The position numbers were made by a program, and so were the translations under genes. This document shows, piece after piece, positions 1 to 10,277 of a stretch of 64,000 nucleotides of DNA (its first letter is position 1; every line of letters begins with the position of its first letter). The stretch lies in assembly GCA_965222375.1 (NCBI GenBank), contig CBDCTZ010000016.1:1248001-1312000 (forward strand), given 5' to 3'. The notes under the pieces are model-generated. The model made no database searches and was not told the DNA's origin. It saw only the letters and a list, made by a program, of their open reading frames with translations. The stretch comes from Polyangiaceae bacterium (GTDB taxonomy: Bacteria; Myxococcota_A; Polyangia; Polyangiales; Polyangiaceae).

Positions 1-82
1 AGTCCATCACTGCCATCTTGCTCCGCGGCCCGCCCTCCGCAAGGGCGCAGGCCTCGAATCCATATTGTCCCCCGAAGACGGG

Positions 83-1003
83 CTAGTCAGCGCCGGCTGC
101 GAAGTTCTGGGCCACTTCCGGCGCGGTCAGGGCACGGGAGTACACAGCGACGAGGTGGAGCTCGCCCAGCCAGACGCGGTTCTTGGTGATCTCGTTGGCG
201 ACAGCAAATCGATTCGTGGCTTCCCAGGGACCGAAGGTGCCATCGATGCTGCCGGACCCCTTGATCACGCCATCCAAGTAGATCGTGGCCGTGCCATCGA
301 TGGCTCGGGTGTACATCACGTGCGTCAGCGCGGTCGTGAGCGTGCCGGGCAGAGTGAGCACAGGCGGTTCGCCGTTGGCGTCCGTGTTCGTCGTGCGCAG
401 ACGCATGAAGTACTGGTCATTGTCTTGGGCCAAGGTGAAGTTGCGCGAGCTGGTATCCGGCGACATCGTGACGATCCGCGCCGGTCCGATCTGGCCGGTG
501 GTCGACGGGACTACCCAGGCCTCCACCGTGATTTCTTTGCTCGCGACGCAGGCGGTATGAATCTTGGTCGCGGGCCCGGCGCTCGCGATGAGGGTACTGC
601 CCTTGGTTTGGAGATAGCCCGGGAACCATTCCACCAGCAAGGTGCTTTCGATGGTCAGATCCAAGGCTGTGCCGACCCCAGAAACGTCCTTGACCTTGTT
701 CCCGGTGCCTTCCTCGAAGGTGTAGAGGACCTGGATGTCTTTGGTCACTCGTGGCGGCGGTGGCAGCGCATCCTCGCTGGCTGCGTCCATGGCATCGTTT
801 GCCACGTCCACGGACGTGTCTATCGCCGTGTCCGCCGCGGTATCGACGCTCACGTCTTCGGTGACGTCTGGGCTTGCGTCTGCGGCTACGGAGGCATCCG
901 CAGGAAAGGGCTCGTGGTCTTCGAGACCCAACACCGTGCTGCACGCCGCTGCCGCCACGACTACGAGGGCGAGGCTTGCGCCACCGCGTCGAAAGCCGGC
1001 CAT
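83..1003 (-). CDS. Lipoprotein with C-terminal LamG/concanavalin A-like jelly-roll domain
   Basis: Signal with lipobox-like AAAC, D/A-rich linker, then LYTFEEGTG, ITVEAWV, NFTLAQ, HVMYT, IYLDG and VAVYSRALT (LamG-like). The ATG at 1003 overlaps the upstream TGA (TGATG). Confidence 0.8.
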   Translation of the reverse strand: MAGFRRGGASLALVVVAAAACSTVLGLEDHEPFPADASVAADASPDVTEDVSVDTAADTAIDTSVDVANDAMDAASEDALPPPPRVTKDIQVLYTFEEGTGNKVKDVSGVGTALDLTIESTLLVEWFPGYLQTKGSTLIASAGPATKIHTACVASKEITVEAWVVPSTTGQIGPARIVTMSPDTSSRNFTLAQDNDQYFMRLRTTNTDANGEPPVLTLPGTLTTALTHVMYTRAIDGTATIYLDGVIKGSGSIDGTFGPWEATNRFAVANEITKNRVWLGELHLVAVYSRALTAPEVAQNFAAGAD

Positions 1004-1974
1004 CAGAAGTGGCCCCCGGCTGCGAGGCCACCACCGCGGCTCGTCGCGTAGGGCGCAACCCATGCTGCTCGCTCCTTTTTGGGCTTGGCGGTCAGGATGA
1101 GCACGGTTCCTGCGGCGATGCCTGCGAGCCCGACACCGAAACCGATGGTCGAAAACAGTGCGGCTTGCTTGGCGTCGTCGTGGCCATCCAGCCCTGCTTG
1201 GTTGCAGAACTTGCCGTTGCAGTTTTCGTCCGCATCCTTGGTCTTGCTCTGGGCTTGAAGCCCGAAAAAGCCGCCCGCCGCAAGGGCGACCAGCCCGACG
1301 CCGCCGACGATGAAACCTGCGGTGCGCTGGTCGAAGCCGTCACTGCTCGTATCCAAAGACACACTGGAGCTGTCCTCGGTGGGCTCCTCGATTGTCTCTT
1401 CCTCGACTGGGACCAAGTCCGGCACGCTCAAGGTGTCCGAGCCCGCGCCCTTTTCGACGGTGATGCTGGTTGTCCAGGGTTCATAGCCGGGTGCCGTGAC
1501 CGTGATCTTGTGAGGGCCCGGGTCGACGGGCAACGCGCTCTCTAGGGCGGAGGTTCCAAGATTGTTCCCATCGAGTTCCACCCGAATCCCATCGATGCCT
1601 TTGGGCACCTCTATGGTCAGTTTCGGGAGCTCTTTCTCGAGCTTCGCCAGCCGCTTCTTGGCGATCTTCAACCGCTTCACATCGCCCTCTTCCGCCGCCA
1701 TGGCGGCGGCCTCGTTGAACGCTGCCCAAGCACTTGCGGTGCGACCCAGCTCTTCGTAGCAAGCAGCGGAATGCAACTTGGTGCCCAGGGTTGGATCGAG
1801 TTGGAAGCTATCCTCGAATTTCTTGCAGGCGGGTTCGAGTTTGCCGGCCGCGGCCAACTTCTTCGCTTCTTGAAAGAGCGATTCCGCCATGGCGCGGTTT
1901 TGCCCCGATGGTGCTGCAAGGGCGGCCGAATTCAGAGCCAGCAGCCAGGCGACGCAAAGGATTCTGATACGCAT
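1003..1974 (-). CDS. TPR + PEGA domain membrane/secreted protein
   Basis: Signal peptide, TPR-like AESLFQEAKKLAAAG...ACYEELGRTASAW, PEGA-like VELDG...VDPGPHKITVTAPGY and C-terminal hydrophobic helices. Typical myxobacterial kinase-operon partner. Confidence 0.8.
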   Translation of the reverse strand: MRIRILCVAWLLALNSAALAAPSGQNRAMAESLFQEAKKLAAAGKLEPACKKFEDSFQLDPTLGTKLHSAACYEELGRTASAWAAFNEAAAMAAEEGDVKRLKIAKKRLAKLEKELPKLTIEVPKGIDGIRVELDGNNLGTSALESALPVDPGPHKITVTAPGYEPWTTSITVEKGAGSDTLSVPDLVPVEEETIEEPTEDSSSVSLDTSSDGFDQRTAGFIVGGVGLVALAAGGFFGLQAQSKTKDADENCNGKFCNQAGLDGHDDAKQAALFSTIGFGVGLAGIAAGTVLILTAKPKKERAAWVAPYATSRGGGLAAGGHF

Positions 1975-1975
1975 T

Positions 1976-3448
1976 TCAAAGCCGACCCCCCAAGCCGTCG
2001 AAAGGTGACCCCTTCTTTTGCCCCGACTTGGTGGACTCTGTCGAGGTTTTGGGCCTTACAGGTCGTCGAGTGCCACTGGTCTTCCGGGGCGTCTTGGAGG
2101 CAGCAGTCGCCGGGGCAGCACTCGCCTCCGGGGCTGGCGCCTCGGTGGTCGCTTCCAGAGCGGGAGGAGCTTCTGGTTCCGGTGGTGTGGGCGCCTCGGC
2201 CGCGGAGCTCGGGGGCGTCTGAAGCGCAGCTTTGGGCGGGCCCGGATGCCCAGGAATCGATTCGACGCTTACGTCGGGCTCGCGGAGGCCACGGACCACC
2301 AGCAGCACGATTCCAAACATGAGGAACCCACCCAGCACGCCGGCAACGGCGACGAGGCGTTTGCGACTGCGGAGCGGCTGTTTGGGCTGCACACTAATCA
2401 CGCCTGAACGGCTACCAGAGCTTCGGTCCGTGGCTGCCAGCTCCGCCTGCAGTTCGGAGATATTGCTGACGTCGCTGCCCTTTTCGATGATGGCGATGCG
2501 ATTGGCGCGCTCCTGCAAGACGCTGCCCGCCATGGAGCTGAGCCACTGGGCAACCTTCGCGGCAGAAGCCACGCCGTCCACCGCCTCGAGTGCCAATGCC
2601 ATTTCCCGTGCGCTCTCGTAGCGTTCACTCGGTACTCGGGACAGGCCCTTCGCCACGACTTCGTCGTAGCCACTGGGTAGGTCCGGCACGGTTTCGCTGG
2701 GTTTGGCGACATTGCCGGCCAGGATGCGTGCGAGAACAGTGGTCTGATTGTCCGCGTGGAACAGGCGGCGACCAGTCAACGCCTCCCACAACACGACGGA
2801 CGCACTGTAGATATCGGCCTCGCAGGTCACTTGTCCTGATTGGATCTGCTCCGGAGCCATGTAGGCGAGCTTGCCTTTGACCTTGCCTTCTCGAGTGGTG
2901 TGCACTCGCCCGGCGGCCTTGGCGACGCCGAAATCGAGCACTCTGGCCAGACCTTCAGCACCGACGAGCACGTTGTGGGGAGAAACGTCCCGATGCACGA
3001 GACCCATCCGCACGCCCTGCTCATCCTTGGCTTCGTGCGCGGCGTGCAGCCCCATCAACACCCCCGACATGATTGCCGCTACGATCTTGTGAGGGATGCG
3101 CTTGCTGTGATTGGCCAGGTCGCGCAACAGGCGTGCCAATGACTCGCCCTGCACGTACTCCATGACCACGAACAGCTCGCCATCCTCGGCGACGACGTCC
3201 AAGGTTTGCACTACATTGGGGTGTCGGATTCTGGCCGCGAGCCGAGCCTCATCCAAGAACATGGAGACGAACTCCGGATCCCGCGCGAGCTCCGGGTGCA
3301 GACGCTTGACGGCGACGGTGCGAGCAAAGCCGACCGGGCCTCGGAGCCGCCCGTAGTGCACCGTCGCCATGCCGCCGGCCGCGATCAAATCGTAGAGCGC
3401 GTAACGCCCGACGACGCTCATCGGCTCGATTGAGGCTTCAGCGGCCAT
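1976..3448 (-). CDS. Hanks-type Ser/Thr protein kinase with one TM helix and a Pro-rich tail
   Basis: Motifs AAGGMATV, VAVK, HRDVSPHN, DFG, YMAPEQ and DIYS; TM segment LVAVAGVLGGFLMFGIVLLVV. Confidence 0.95.
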   Translation of the reverse strand: MAAEASIEPMSVVGRYALYDLIAAGGMATVHYGRLRGPVGFARTVAVKRLHPELARDPEFVSMFLDEARLAARIRHPNVVQTLDVVAEDGELFVVMEYVQGESLARLLRDLANHSKRIPHKIVAAIMSGVLMGLHAAHEAKDEQGVRMGLVHRDVSPHNVLVGAEGLARVLDFGVAKAAGRVHTTREGKVKGKLAYMAPEQIQSGQVTCEADIYSASVVLWEALTGRRLFHADNQTTVLARILAGNVAKPSETVPDLPSGYDEVVAKGLSRVPSERYESAREMALALEAVDGVASAAKVAQWLSSMAGSVLQERANRIAIIEKGSDVSNISELQAELAATDRSSGSRSGVISVQPKQPLRSRKRLVAVAGVLGGFLMFGIVLLVVRGLREPDVSVESIPGHPGPPKAALQTPPSSAAEAPTPPEPEAPPALEATTEAPAPEASAAPATAASKTPRKTSGTRRPVRPKTSTESTKSGQKKGSPFDGLGGRL

Positions 3449-3614
3449 ACTGCACCAATCTTACACTGCCCGCACTTTCGGCGCACAACGCCACCGGGAA
3501 ATGCTGAACATCGCTATCGTAGTTGCGCCTCGAGAAAATCCCGCATTTCCGACAATATCCAGCCTCGGCGCTGGTTGTGGCGGGCACTCCGCTGAAAGTG
3601 GTAATCAGCCATTT

Positions 3615-4424
3615 GTGAGCGAAAACGTGAGCATGTTCCGGCCAGGGCTCTTCGCAGGTCAGGTCGCCATCGTGACCGGCGGTGGAACCGGGATCGGCCT
3701 GGCGGTTGCGCGTGAGCTTCTCTCTCTCGGTGCCAAGATCGCCATCGGTAGCCGCAAACGGGAAAACGTTGACGCAGGCCTAGCCGCGCTGGGCGCACCC
3801 CAGCAGACCTTCGGTGAGCTGCTGGATGTGCGCGAACCCGAGTCTTGCGAAGCCTATGTGAAAGCGGTTCGCGAGAAGTTCGGGAGCGTTGACGTTCTCG
3901 TCAACAACGCTGGCGGCCAGTTCCCGAGCCCTGCCCAGGGCTTGTCTCCCCGCGGTTTCGAAGCCGTCGTGCGGAACAATCTGGTCGGCGTCTTCAACAT
4001 GACCCATGCGACGGCCAACCACGCCATGATTCCGCAGCAGGGTGGTCGCATCGTGAACGTGATTGCGGACATCGCGCGAGGGTTTCCGGGCATGGTGCAC
4101 ACCGGTGCTGCTCGCGCAGGCGTCGACAACATGACCAAGACCCTGGCCGTCGAGTGGGCTTCTCTGGGGATTCGCGTCAACGCGTGTGCTCCAGGCACGA
4201 TCCGTTCGACGGGAACGGTCCAGTACGGTGACGATGCGCTGGAACTGGCGCGCAAGGCCACGCCCATGAAGCGATTGGGGAGCGTTGAGGAAGTGAGTCG
4301 TATCGTGGTGTTTCTGGCCAGCAGAGAGAACGACTACGTGACCGGTTCGACCTACTACGTCGACGGTGGAAGTTCGCTGTGGGGCGACATTTGGCCCATC
4401 GAGGACCCCAACACTTCAACGTGA
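3615..4424 (+). CDS. SDR oxidoreductase (peroxisomal trans-2-enoyl-CoA/2,4-dienoyl-CoA reductase-like)
   Basis: TGGGTGIG, NNAGGQF, HTGAARAG, TLAVEWA and VDGG motifs. Start is uncertain (GTG 3615 or ATG 3633). Confidence 0.88.
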   Translation: MSENVSMFRPGLFAGQVAIVTGGGTGIGLAVARELLSLGAKIAIGSRKRENVDAGLAALGAPQQTFGELLDVREPESCEAYVKAVREKFGSVDVLVNNAGGQFPSPAQGLSPRGFEAVVRNNLVGVFNMTHATANHAMIPQQGGRIVNVIADIARGFPGMVHTGAARAGVDNMTKTLAVEWASLGIRVNACAPGTIRSTGTVQYGDDALELARKATPMKRLGSVEEVSRIVVFLASRENDYVTGSTYYVDGGSSLWGDIWPIEDPNTST

Positions 4425-6352
4425 GCGCCGCGCCCCAGCCCAGCCCGGCACGTGCGCCCGAGCCCCGCGACGGTTGGTGGCGACGGCTGAGTGCGTTGCC
4501 CGGGATCTGGCTCGAACGCGGGCATGCGCTGGTCACCACCCAGGACCCAAAGTTCTGGATCGTGTTCACACCTGCGCTCTTGCTCGTGTCGGTTCTCTTC
4601 GTGCGCAGTCCGGCCAGCAACTACATATTCGACGAACAAGAAGCGCTGCTGGCCAATCCCTACGTGCACGCCCAAGACGGGCTCAAGTGGTGGGACGCGT
4701 TCCGGCGTGACTTTTGGGGGTTGCCCCCGACTCGGAGCATCGGCTCCTACCGGCCGCTTCCGAACCTAATCTGGCGTTCGCTGTGGCAGATCAGCGAGCT
4801 GCCTTGGGTGCATCACTGGGTGAACGTGATGCTGCACGCTGCAAACGCGGCGCTGCTGGCCTCGGTTGTCTTCGCCGTCACAAAAAATCGCCGTGCAGGC
4901 TGGCTCGCGGGCGGCTGCTTTGCCTGCGCCGCGGTCCTCACCGAAACGGTAACGGGCGTGGTTGGAATCGCGGACGTATTAGGGGGTTTTGGGCTCCTGC
5001 TGGCGCTCGCCGCCCTGCGACTACCGTCCTGGCGCATGCCGCTCGCCGTGTTCTGCGCGCTCAGTATCGGGCTATTCAGTAAAGAGAGCGTGATTGTCGG
5101 CGTGCCTTTGATAGCGGCTGCGGCGTTGCTCTTGGCACCAGCGCTCCACTCCGAGCGCCCGCGCAGGTTCTTGCGCATGCTTCTGGCAGCGGCTGCAGCC
5201 GTGGGTGCGCTCGTGGGCTACACTTATTTTCGGCGACACTTCTTCCCGGTTGATCTTCCCGCCGAGCTTTCGGAACCCCTGGCCAAGAGCGAGCCGACGC
5301 TCAAACGCGCCTTGCACGAATTCCTACGCTGGTTCGCCCAGCCGAAGTTGCCCGCGGATCCCATGAACAACCCGCTGGTGGACGCAGACACGCCCCATCG
5401 CATTGCCGGCGCGCTGCGGGTCTACTTCCGAGGTCTGGTACAGGTGGTGTTTCCCTGGCGTTTGTCCGGCGACTACTCCTTTCCGCAAGAGCCTCTGCCC
5501 AAGAACGTGTTCTTTCCCCAGAGCGTGCTCGGCGGGTTGCTGTTGGCATTGCCACCATTGATTGGTCTGGGAGTGTGGCTGCGCTCCTTGAGGCTCGAAC
5601 GCATGCTGAGTTTGCGCAAGCGTGCCGCGAGCCTGGCCGCGGTCGCTCTGGCGCTGGTTTGGGTGCCTGTGGCCTACTTCCCTCACTCGAACATTCTCGT
5701 CACGTTGCCGACGGTGCGGGCCGAACGCTTCTGGTACCTACCGGTTCTAGGCGCAGCCATCGGGCTTGGCATCTTGTTCGACAGATTGCTAGCTCGACCA
5801 GGTCTGCAGCGAAAAGCGCTGTTCTTTGCCGCCGCCTTCTTCGCTTTTCAGGGCTGTCGCGCTCGCACCCACGCCCTGGATTACAACGACGACCTATCCT
5901 TCTGGCGCGGCACCCGACGTGCGGTCCCGATGAGCGCCAAGGCGCACCTGAACTACTCGGTCATGGTTGGCGCCCACGAGGGGAATCTGCACAAGCGCCT
6001 GGCCATCAACGGCCGCGCCCTGCAGCTCGCACCCAAGTGGCCGATGGCGCACATCTACTACGGCGACACGCTGTGTCGCCTGAAACGCCCTGCGGAAGCC
6101 TGGCCGCACTACGAGCGCGGATTTGGCCTAGCGCCCAACGATCCCAATCTGATTGCCCTCGCATTGCAGTGCCTGTGGGATCACGGTGGCCTCGATCCGC
6201 ACAAGGAGGATCTACTAGAACTCGTGGACGACCACCGCGGCACCTGGCTCGCCTACCTGGGCACTGAGATTGTCTATCGAGGTGAGCAACACGGCGGCAT
6301 CGAGAAGAAGTATCGCCCCCGCGGTTACGACGAAGGCCCCAAGAAGCGCTGA
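4421..6352 (+). CDS. TMTC-like GT-C membrane glycosyltransferase (putative protein O-mannosyltransferase) with a short C-terminal TPR region
   Basis: TMTC-order motifs IFDEQEALLANP, DFWG, SYRPL, HWVNVMLH, ETVTGVVGIAD, SKE, NNPL, LSGDYS, AERFWYLP and SAKAHLNY. GTG at 4421 overlaps the SDR stop (GTGA). Confidence 0.8.
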   Translation: MSAAPQPSPARAPEPRDGWWRRLSALPGIWLERGHALVTTQDPKFWIVFTPALLLVSVLFVRSPASNYIFDEQEALLANPYVHAQDGLKWWDAFRRDFWGLPPTRSIGSYRPLPNLIWRSLWQISELPWVHHWVNVMLHAANAALLASVVFAVTKNRRAGWLAGGCFACAAVLTETVTGVVGIADVLGGFGLLLALAALRLPSWRMPLAVFCALSIGLFSKESVIVGVPLIAAAALLLAPALHSERPRRFLRMLLAAAAAVGALVGYTYFRRHFFPVDLPAELSEPLAKSEPTLKRALHEFLRWFAQPKLPADPMNNPLVDADTPHRIAGALRVYFRGLVQVVFPWRLSGDYSFPQEPLPKNVFFPQSVLGGLLLALPPLIGLGVWLRSLRLERMLSLRKRAASLAAVALALVWVPVAYFPHSNILVTLPTVRAERFWYLPVLGAAIGLGILFDRLLARPGLQRKALFFAAAFFAFQGCRARTHALDYNDDLSFWRGTRRAVPMSAKAHLNYSVMVGAHEGNLHKRLAINGRALQLAPKWPMAHIYYGDTLCRLKRPAEAWPHYERGFGLAPNDPNLIALALQCLWDHGGLDPHKEDLLELVDDHRGTWLAYLGTEIVYRGEQHGGIEKKYRPRGYDEGPKKR

Positions 6353-6468
6353 CCGACGCAGTGCGCCCGATCTGGCTACGGCCACTTCTTGTTCAAGAAG
6401 GTCCAGCAGGTGGGAGGTTTCTCACCCACGTGGTCGTGCAGTAGCTCTTGATGAGGTAGCATTGCGTA

Positions 6469-7522
6469 ATGCTCAGAGTGGAGTTGCTGTTGCGCTGCGT
6501 TGTCGCGGGCTGCTCTGCGCCTGAGTTCAACGCTCAGCCAAGCGCCGACGCAGGCGGGCTCGACTCCAATTCCGGGGGCGCGAGCGGGGGTAGCGGGGCT
6601 GGCGGTAGCGGCGGTAGCTCCGGCGCGGGTAGCGAGGACTGCACGAACGGGCAAGACGACGACGGAGATGGCCAGGCCGATTGCGCCGACTTGGACGACT
6701 GCGCTTGCGTGCCGCAAGTGCTCGCCGGTTGGCAGGGACCCTACTTCGTGACACCGGCAGCGAGCGGTGACGCTGAGCCCGTTGAATGCCCGCAAGTTGC
6801 GCCCACGGAGGTCAACGTGCTCGGCCAACTCGACGTGCCCCCTACGCAGTGTCCCAGCTGCGACTGCGGCAATGCCATGGGCTCCTGCAGCAACGTCTCC
6901 GTGTCGCGCCACGCCCTAGCCAAGTGCGCGGACGCTGCCTCCACGGTGTTCGGCAACCTCTCCACGAGCTGTCAGCAGACCGTTTTCAGTGGCAGCAGTC
7001 CAAAATCCATGTCTGCTACCGTCACACTGAGCGGCGGGAAGTGTCCGGCGCTCACAATCGGGGACGTCGTTACGCCGGCGCCAAGCCTGACCCAGCGAAA
7101 GCGTGTGTGCTCCGGCGCCCTGGGCAGCTGTGCTTCCGGACACTGCGTTGCTGCGCTGCCCCCAGGCTTCCGCGCGTGTGTGCTGGGCACGACAGCTCAG
7201 GCCTGTCCAAAATGGCTACTCGGTGCAGGACGACCTGGATACTGCCAAGTCGATCTCAGACAGCCGCACGTGCACGTCCTGCGGCTGTGACGCGAGCGGG
7301 CTCAGTTGTGGGGGCTGGAAGGTCCTTGCCGGTTTGCACTGCACGAACGTCGGTTCGGCAGGGACGTTTAGCCCCACGGTTCGGTGCCTCGAATGGCCGA
7401 CGACGGGCGTGGCGGCCAAGGTGGATTCCTACGGAACCGTGTCCGGCACGTGCAAATCCCAGGGTGGCGCACCGGTTGGAACGGTGCAGCCGGAAACTTT
7501 TCGCCTTCGCTGCGCCTCCTGA
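6469..7522 (+). pseudogene. Cys-rich Gly-linker lipoprotein split by a +1 frameshift at about 7209-7212 (pseudogene or sequencing error)
   Basis: Frame 6469 gives lipobox VAGC, a G/S linker, EDCTNGQDDDGDGQADCAD and Cys-rich repeats up to QACP. The Cys-rich pattern resumes in frame 7103..7522 (NGYSVQDDLDTAKSISDSRTCTSCGC). Removing one A from CCAAAATGG restores CCA AAT GGC. Confidence 0.75.
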
Positions 7523-7530
7523 GCGCTCCT

Positions 7531-8958
7531 TCACCGCGCCGTGCCGGCCACGCTCTCCAGCTCGGCTAGCGACACTTCGAGATCGTCGATGATGCGCTGG
7601 CAGCTCGGCACGGAGTGGCGGCAAGCCACGACGCCGAAATCGAGGTTAGCGGCGTTGCTGACCAGCGTGAAGTTGAGCGCGAAGCCGTGATAGATGGCGC
7701 TGAGTGGGTAGGCGCCGTCGAGGCGCGCTCCGTTCCAATACATCTGCTCCCGGGGCCCGGGCACATTGGACACGACGGTGCTGAAGGGCGGGAAGCGCTC
7801 GCCCAGGCCGAGCACCCCGGCAAGCAATGCGGGCGCTGCGGTGACCTGGCTGAACAGCATGATCTCCTTGGAGTTCATGGTCTTGAGCAGCGCCTTGCCG
7901 TCATTCATCGAAGCCTGGGTGATGCGGAAGCGCCGCTCCGGGTCTGCGATGTGAGTTGCCAAGTTCGCGGCCAGTGCTCCAACGGCGTTGGCGACGTGGC
8001 CGTCGTCGTCGGCGTCGGTGCGCAGCGATACTGGAGTCAGCGCGGTGAGGGGCTCCGCGGGTAGCTCGCCGCGAGAGCTGAGATAGCGACGCAACGCACC
8101 GCCACACATCGCCAGCACCACGTCGTTGATGGTTCCGTCGAGAGCCCTCGACACCGCCTTGAGCCGGTCCAGCCCATAGGACTGGGCAACGAAGCGCCGT
8201 GCCCCGGTGACTTGGCTGCTCATGCTGGTCTGGGGCGTGCGGCGCCAGAAGCTCATCAAGTTGTCCTGCTCGGGGTTGAGCCAAGCGCGGGTGTAGCGTT
8301 GCAGTCCTTTGACGAGGTTGCCGCTTAGACCAAGTCCCTCTCGCAAGGCTTCCGCGATGCTCTTCAGATCGAGCTGCGAAGGCACTGCCAGGCCATCCCG
8401 CTTCGGCGTCCTCTTTCTGGAGCGAGTGACCTCCCAAGCCGCCAGGGAAAACGGGGAATACTCGATTCGGGCATTGGGGTCGGGGGAGAGAATCGCTTCG
8501 CCGAGCCTGACCGCCCCGACGCCGTCCACCGCCGCGTGATGCATCTTGGTGTACAGGCCAAACTGCCGGTCTTGAAGCCCCTCAATGACATGGCTCTCCC
8601 AAAGCGGCCGATGACGATCGAGCAGTGACTGATGCAGCCGCGCGCAGAGCTGAAACAGCTCTCGATAGCGCCCCGGCTTGGGCAGTGCCGAGTGGCGCAC
8701 GTGGTACTCCAGGTCGAGCCTGTCGTCCTCGACCCACTGCACCGGGCCAGCGACCCCCAACGGCGTCATCTTGAGTTTGTGGCCAAACGGGACGCGAAAG
8801 CGCCGCGTACCCTTGAGGATGTCGAGCGAACTCCGCAAGAACTCCGTCTCGTCCGCGCTATCGGGCAGTTTGAACAGATACAGTCCCCCGACGTGCATTG
8901 GCGTTTCGCGAGTCTCGCCAATCAAGAAACCCGCATCCAAGGGCGACAAGCGCTGCAT
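7531..8958 (-). CDS. Wax ester synthase/diacylglycerol acyltransferase (WS/DGAT)
   Basis: LSPLDAGFL, PMHVG, LDRHRPLWE, catalytic HHAAVDG, TINDVVLA and SNVPGP. Confidence 0.95.
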   Translation of the reverse strand: MQRLSPLDAGFLIGETRETPMHVGGLYLFKLPDSADETEFLRSSLDILKGTRRFRVPFGHKLKMTPLGVAGPVQWVEDDRLDLEYHVRHSALPKPGRYRELFQLCARLHQSLLDRHRPLWESHVIEGLQDRQFGLYTKMHHAAVDGVGAVRLGEAILSPDPNARIEYSPFSLAAWEVTRSRKRTPKRDGLAVPSQLDLKSIAEALREGLGLSGNLVKGLQRYTRAWLNPEQDNLMSFWRRTPQTSMSSQVTGARRFVAQSYGLDRLKAVSRALDGTINDVVLAMCGGALRRYLSSRGELPAEPLTALTPVSLRTDADDDGHVANAVGALAANLATHIADPERRFRITQASMNDGKALLKTMNSKEIMLFSQVTAAPALLAGVLGLGERFPPFSTVVSNVPGPREQMYWNGARLDGAYPLSAIYHGFALNFTLVSNAANLDFGVVACRHSVPSCQRIIDDLEVSLAELESVAGTAR

Positions 8959-9203
8959 GCCCCGAGCTTAGCCCATTGCGCCGCGAGTTTCGCCAATGCG
9001 CCCGCAGTGGCACGCTGCGCACGTGGCCTCGCTGACCCACCTTCGGCTGCAGACGCTTGCGCGAGTGACCTGTGCTCTGAGGCGTGCTTTGCCGACCGCG
9101 CGCGCCGCCGCTGGCGTTAGCGCCGAACCCGTCCGCGTTAACGCACCGAGCCAAAACCACGCCAGGTGGAAATCTTTGGCGGGCTTGTCCCGTACCATCT
9201 TGC

Positions 9204-10277
9204 ATGAGCAAGAGTTTGTGGTTGTTGGTCGCCGGCGTAGGTCTCGTTTCATCCAGTGCTATTGCGCAGAACAAGCCGGTTTTGCGCCTGCCACATTCGG
9301 TTTCGAAGACGAAAGCCGCCGCGCGCGCACCAGGTAGGGCAATGTGTGCGCAGCCCCGCAACCTGCCAGCGACGCGAGTGGGCGGGAACCTCACCGTGCA
9401 CTCGCCACCCGCGCAAGCACGCGCCCCTGGTGGCGCGCGCTTGCGGTCGCACACCTTGCAGAAGCCGAACACGCGCACCTACCAGCAGCTCAAGATCTGG
9501 GCGGGACCCGAGGTACCACGTTTTGTTCCGCTCACGGTGGGCAAGTCACAGCTCTCGATGCTGGACGCGATCCCCGGTGGGTACATGGCGCTGTACCGCG
9601 AGCCATACACGAGCTGCCAGCGCCTGAAGAGAAAGAAAGGCGGCGGGCTGGACTGGACCAATTGCCAGTCAGAAGTCATGCTGTTCGACTGCGCCGGGAA
9701 AGCGAAGGTGCGTGTGTCGCTGCATCGCTACCACAAGCGTAAGGATTACCTCGAGGTCCAAGATGTCCGCGTCGACGGCGACATGTTGTACTTCAACGAG
9801 GGCTGCATCACGTACTCACGGGAAGCGGGTGGGCGCTGTTCTCAGCTGGTGGCAGTGGACCTGCGCACGGGCAAGGAGAAGTGGCGCACCGGCTTCAAGA
9901 CATCGAACAACGTCTTTCTCGTCCATGGGGGCTACATCATTGGTGGCTACGGGTTCACCGCCGAGCCCAGCGCGCTGAACATCTTTCGCAAGAAGGACGG
10001 CCGACTACTACGCAAGAAGCGGCTGAAGACCAAGTCGTTCCCAGGCGGCAATCACGACTTCTTGCGCATCGAGCGAGGCGACGTGCTGCGCGTTGGCGTT
10101 TACGAACACTTCAAGGACCTCAAGTTCTCGCTCAAGGGCCTTTCGGCCGACCGCCCCTCCCTGAGGTACTTGGGAAGCGTCGCACCACTCAAGGCTTCGC
10201 CCCGCAAAACTCCAGCGCGCACGCCTCCTCAGCGTCACCGCGCCCGATCGAGACACGTGATCAAAGCGGGCTTCTAG
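9204..10277 (+). CDS. Secreted protein with PQQ-like/beta-propeller repeats and a basic C-terminal tail
   Basis: Signal peptide MSKSLWLLVAGVGLVSSSAIA; LVAVDLRTGKEKWR PQQ-like motif. Its 3' half is duplicated at 15228-15674, where many of the differences are synonymous, supporting this frame. Confidence 0.7.
   Translation: MSKSLWLLVAGVGLVSSSAIAQNKPVLRLPHSVSKTKAAARAPGRAMCAQPRNLPATRVGGNLTVHSPPAQARAPGGARLRSHTLQKPNTRTYQQLKIWAGPEVPRFVPLTVGKSQLSMLDAIPGGYMALYREPYTSCQRLKRKKGGGLDWTNCQSEVMLFDCAGKAKVRVSLHRYHKRKDYLEVQDVRVDGDMLYFNEGCITYSREAGGRCSQLVAVDLRTGKEKWRTGFKTSNNVFLVHGGYIIGGYGFTAEPSALNIFRKKDGRLLRKKRLKTKSFPGGNHDFLRIERGDVLRVGVYEHFKDLKFSLKGLSADRPSLRYLGSVAPLKASPRKTPARTPPQRHRARSRHVIKAGF

Noticed and set aside
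1..24. Possible minus-strand gene start (GGAG then ATG at 16) leaving the window
   Set aside because: Only five codons are visible, so it cannot be supported.
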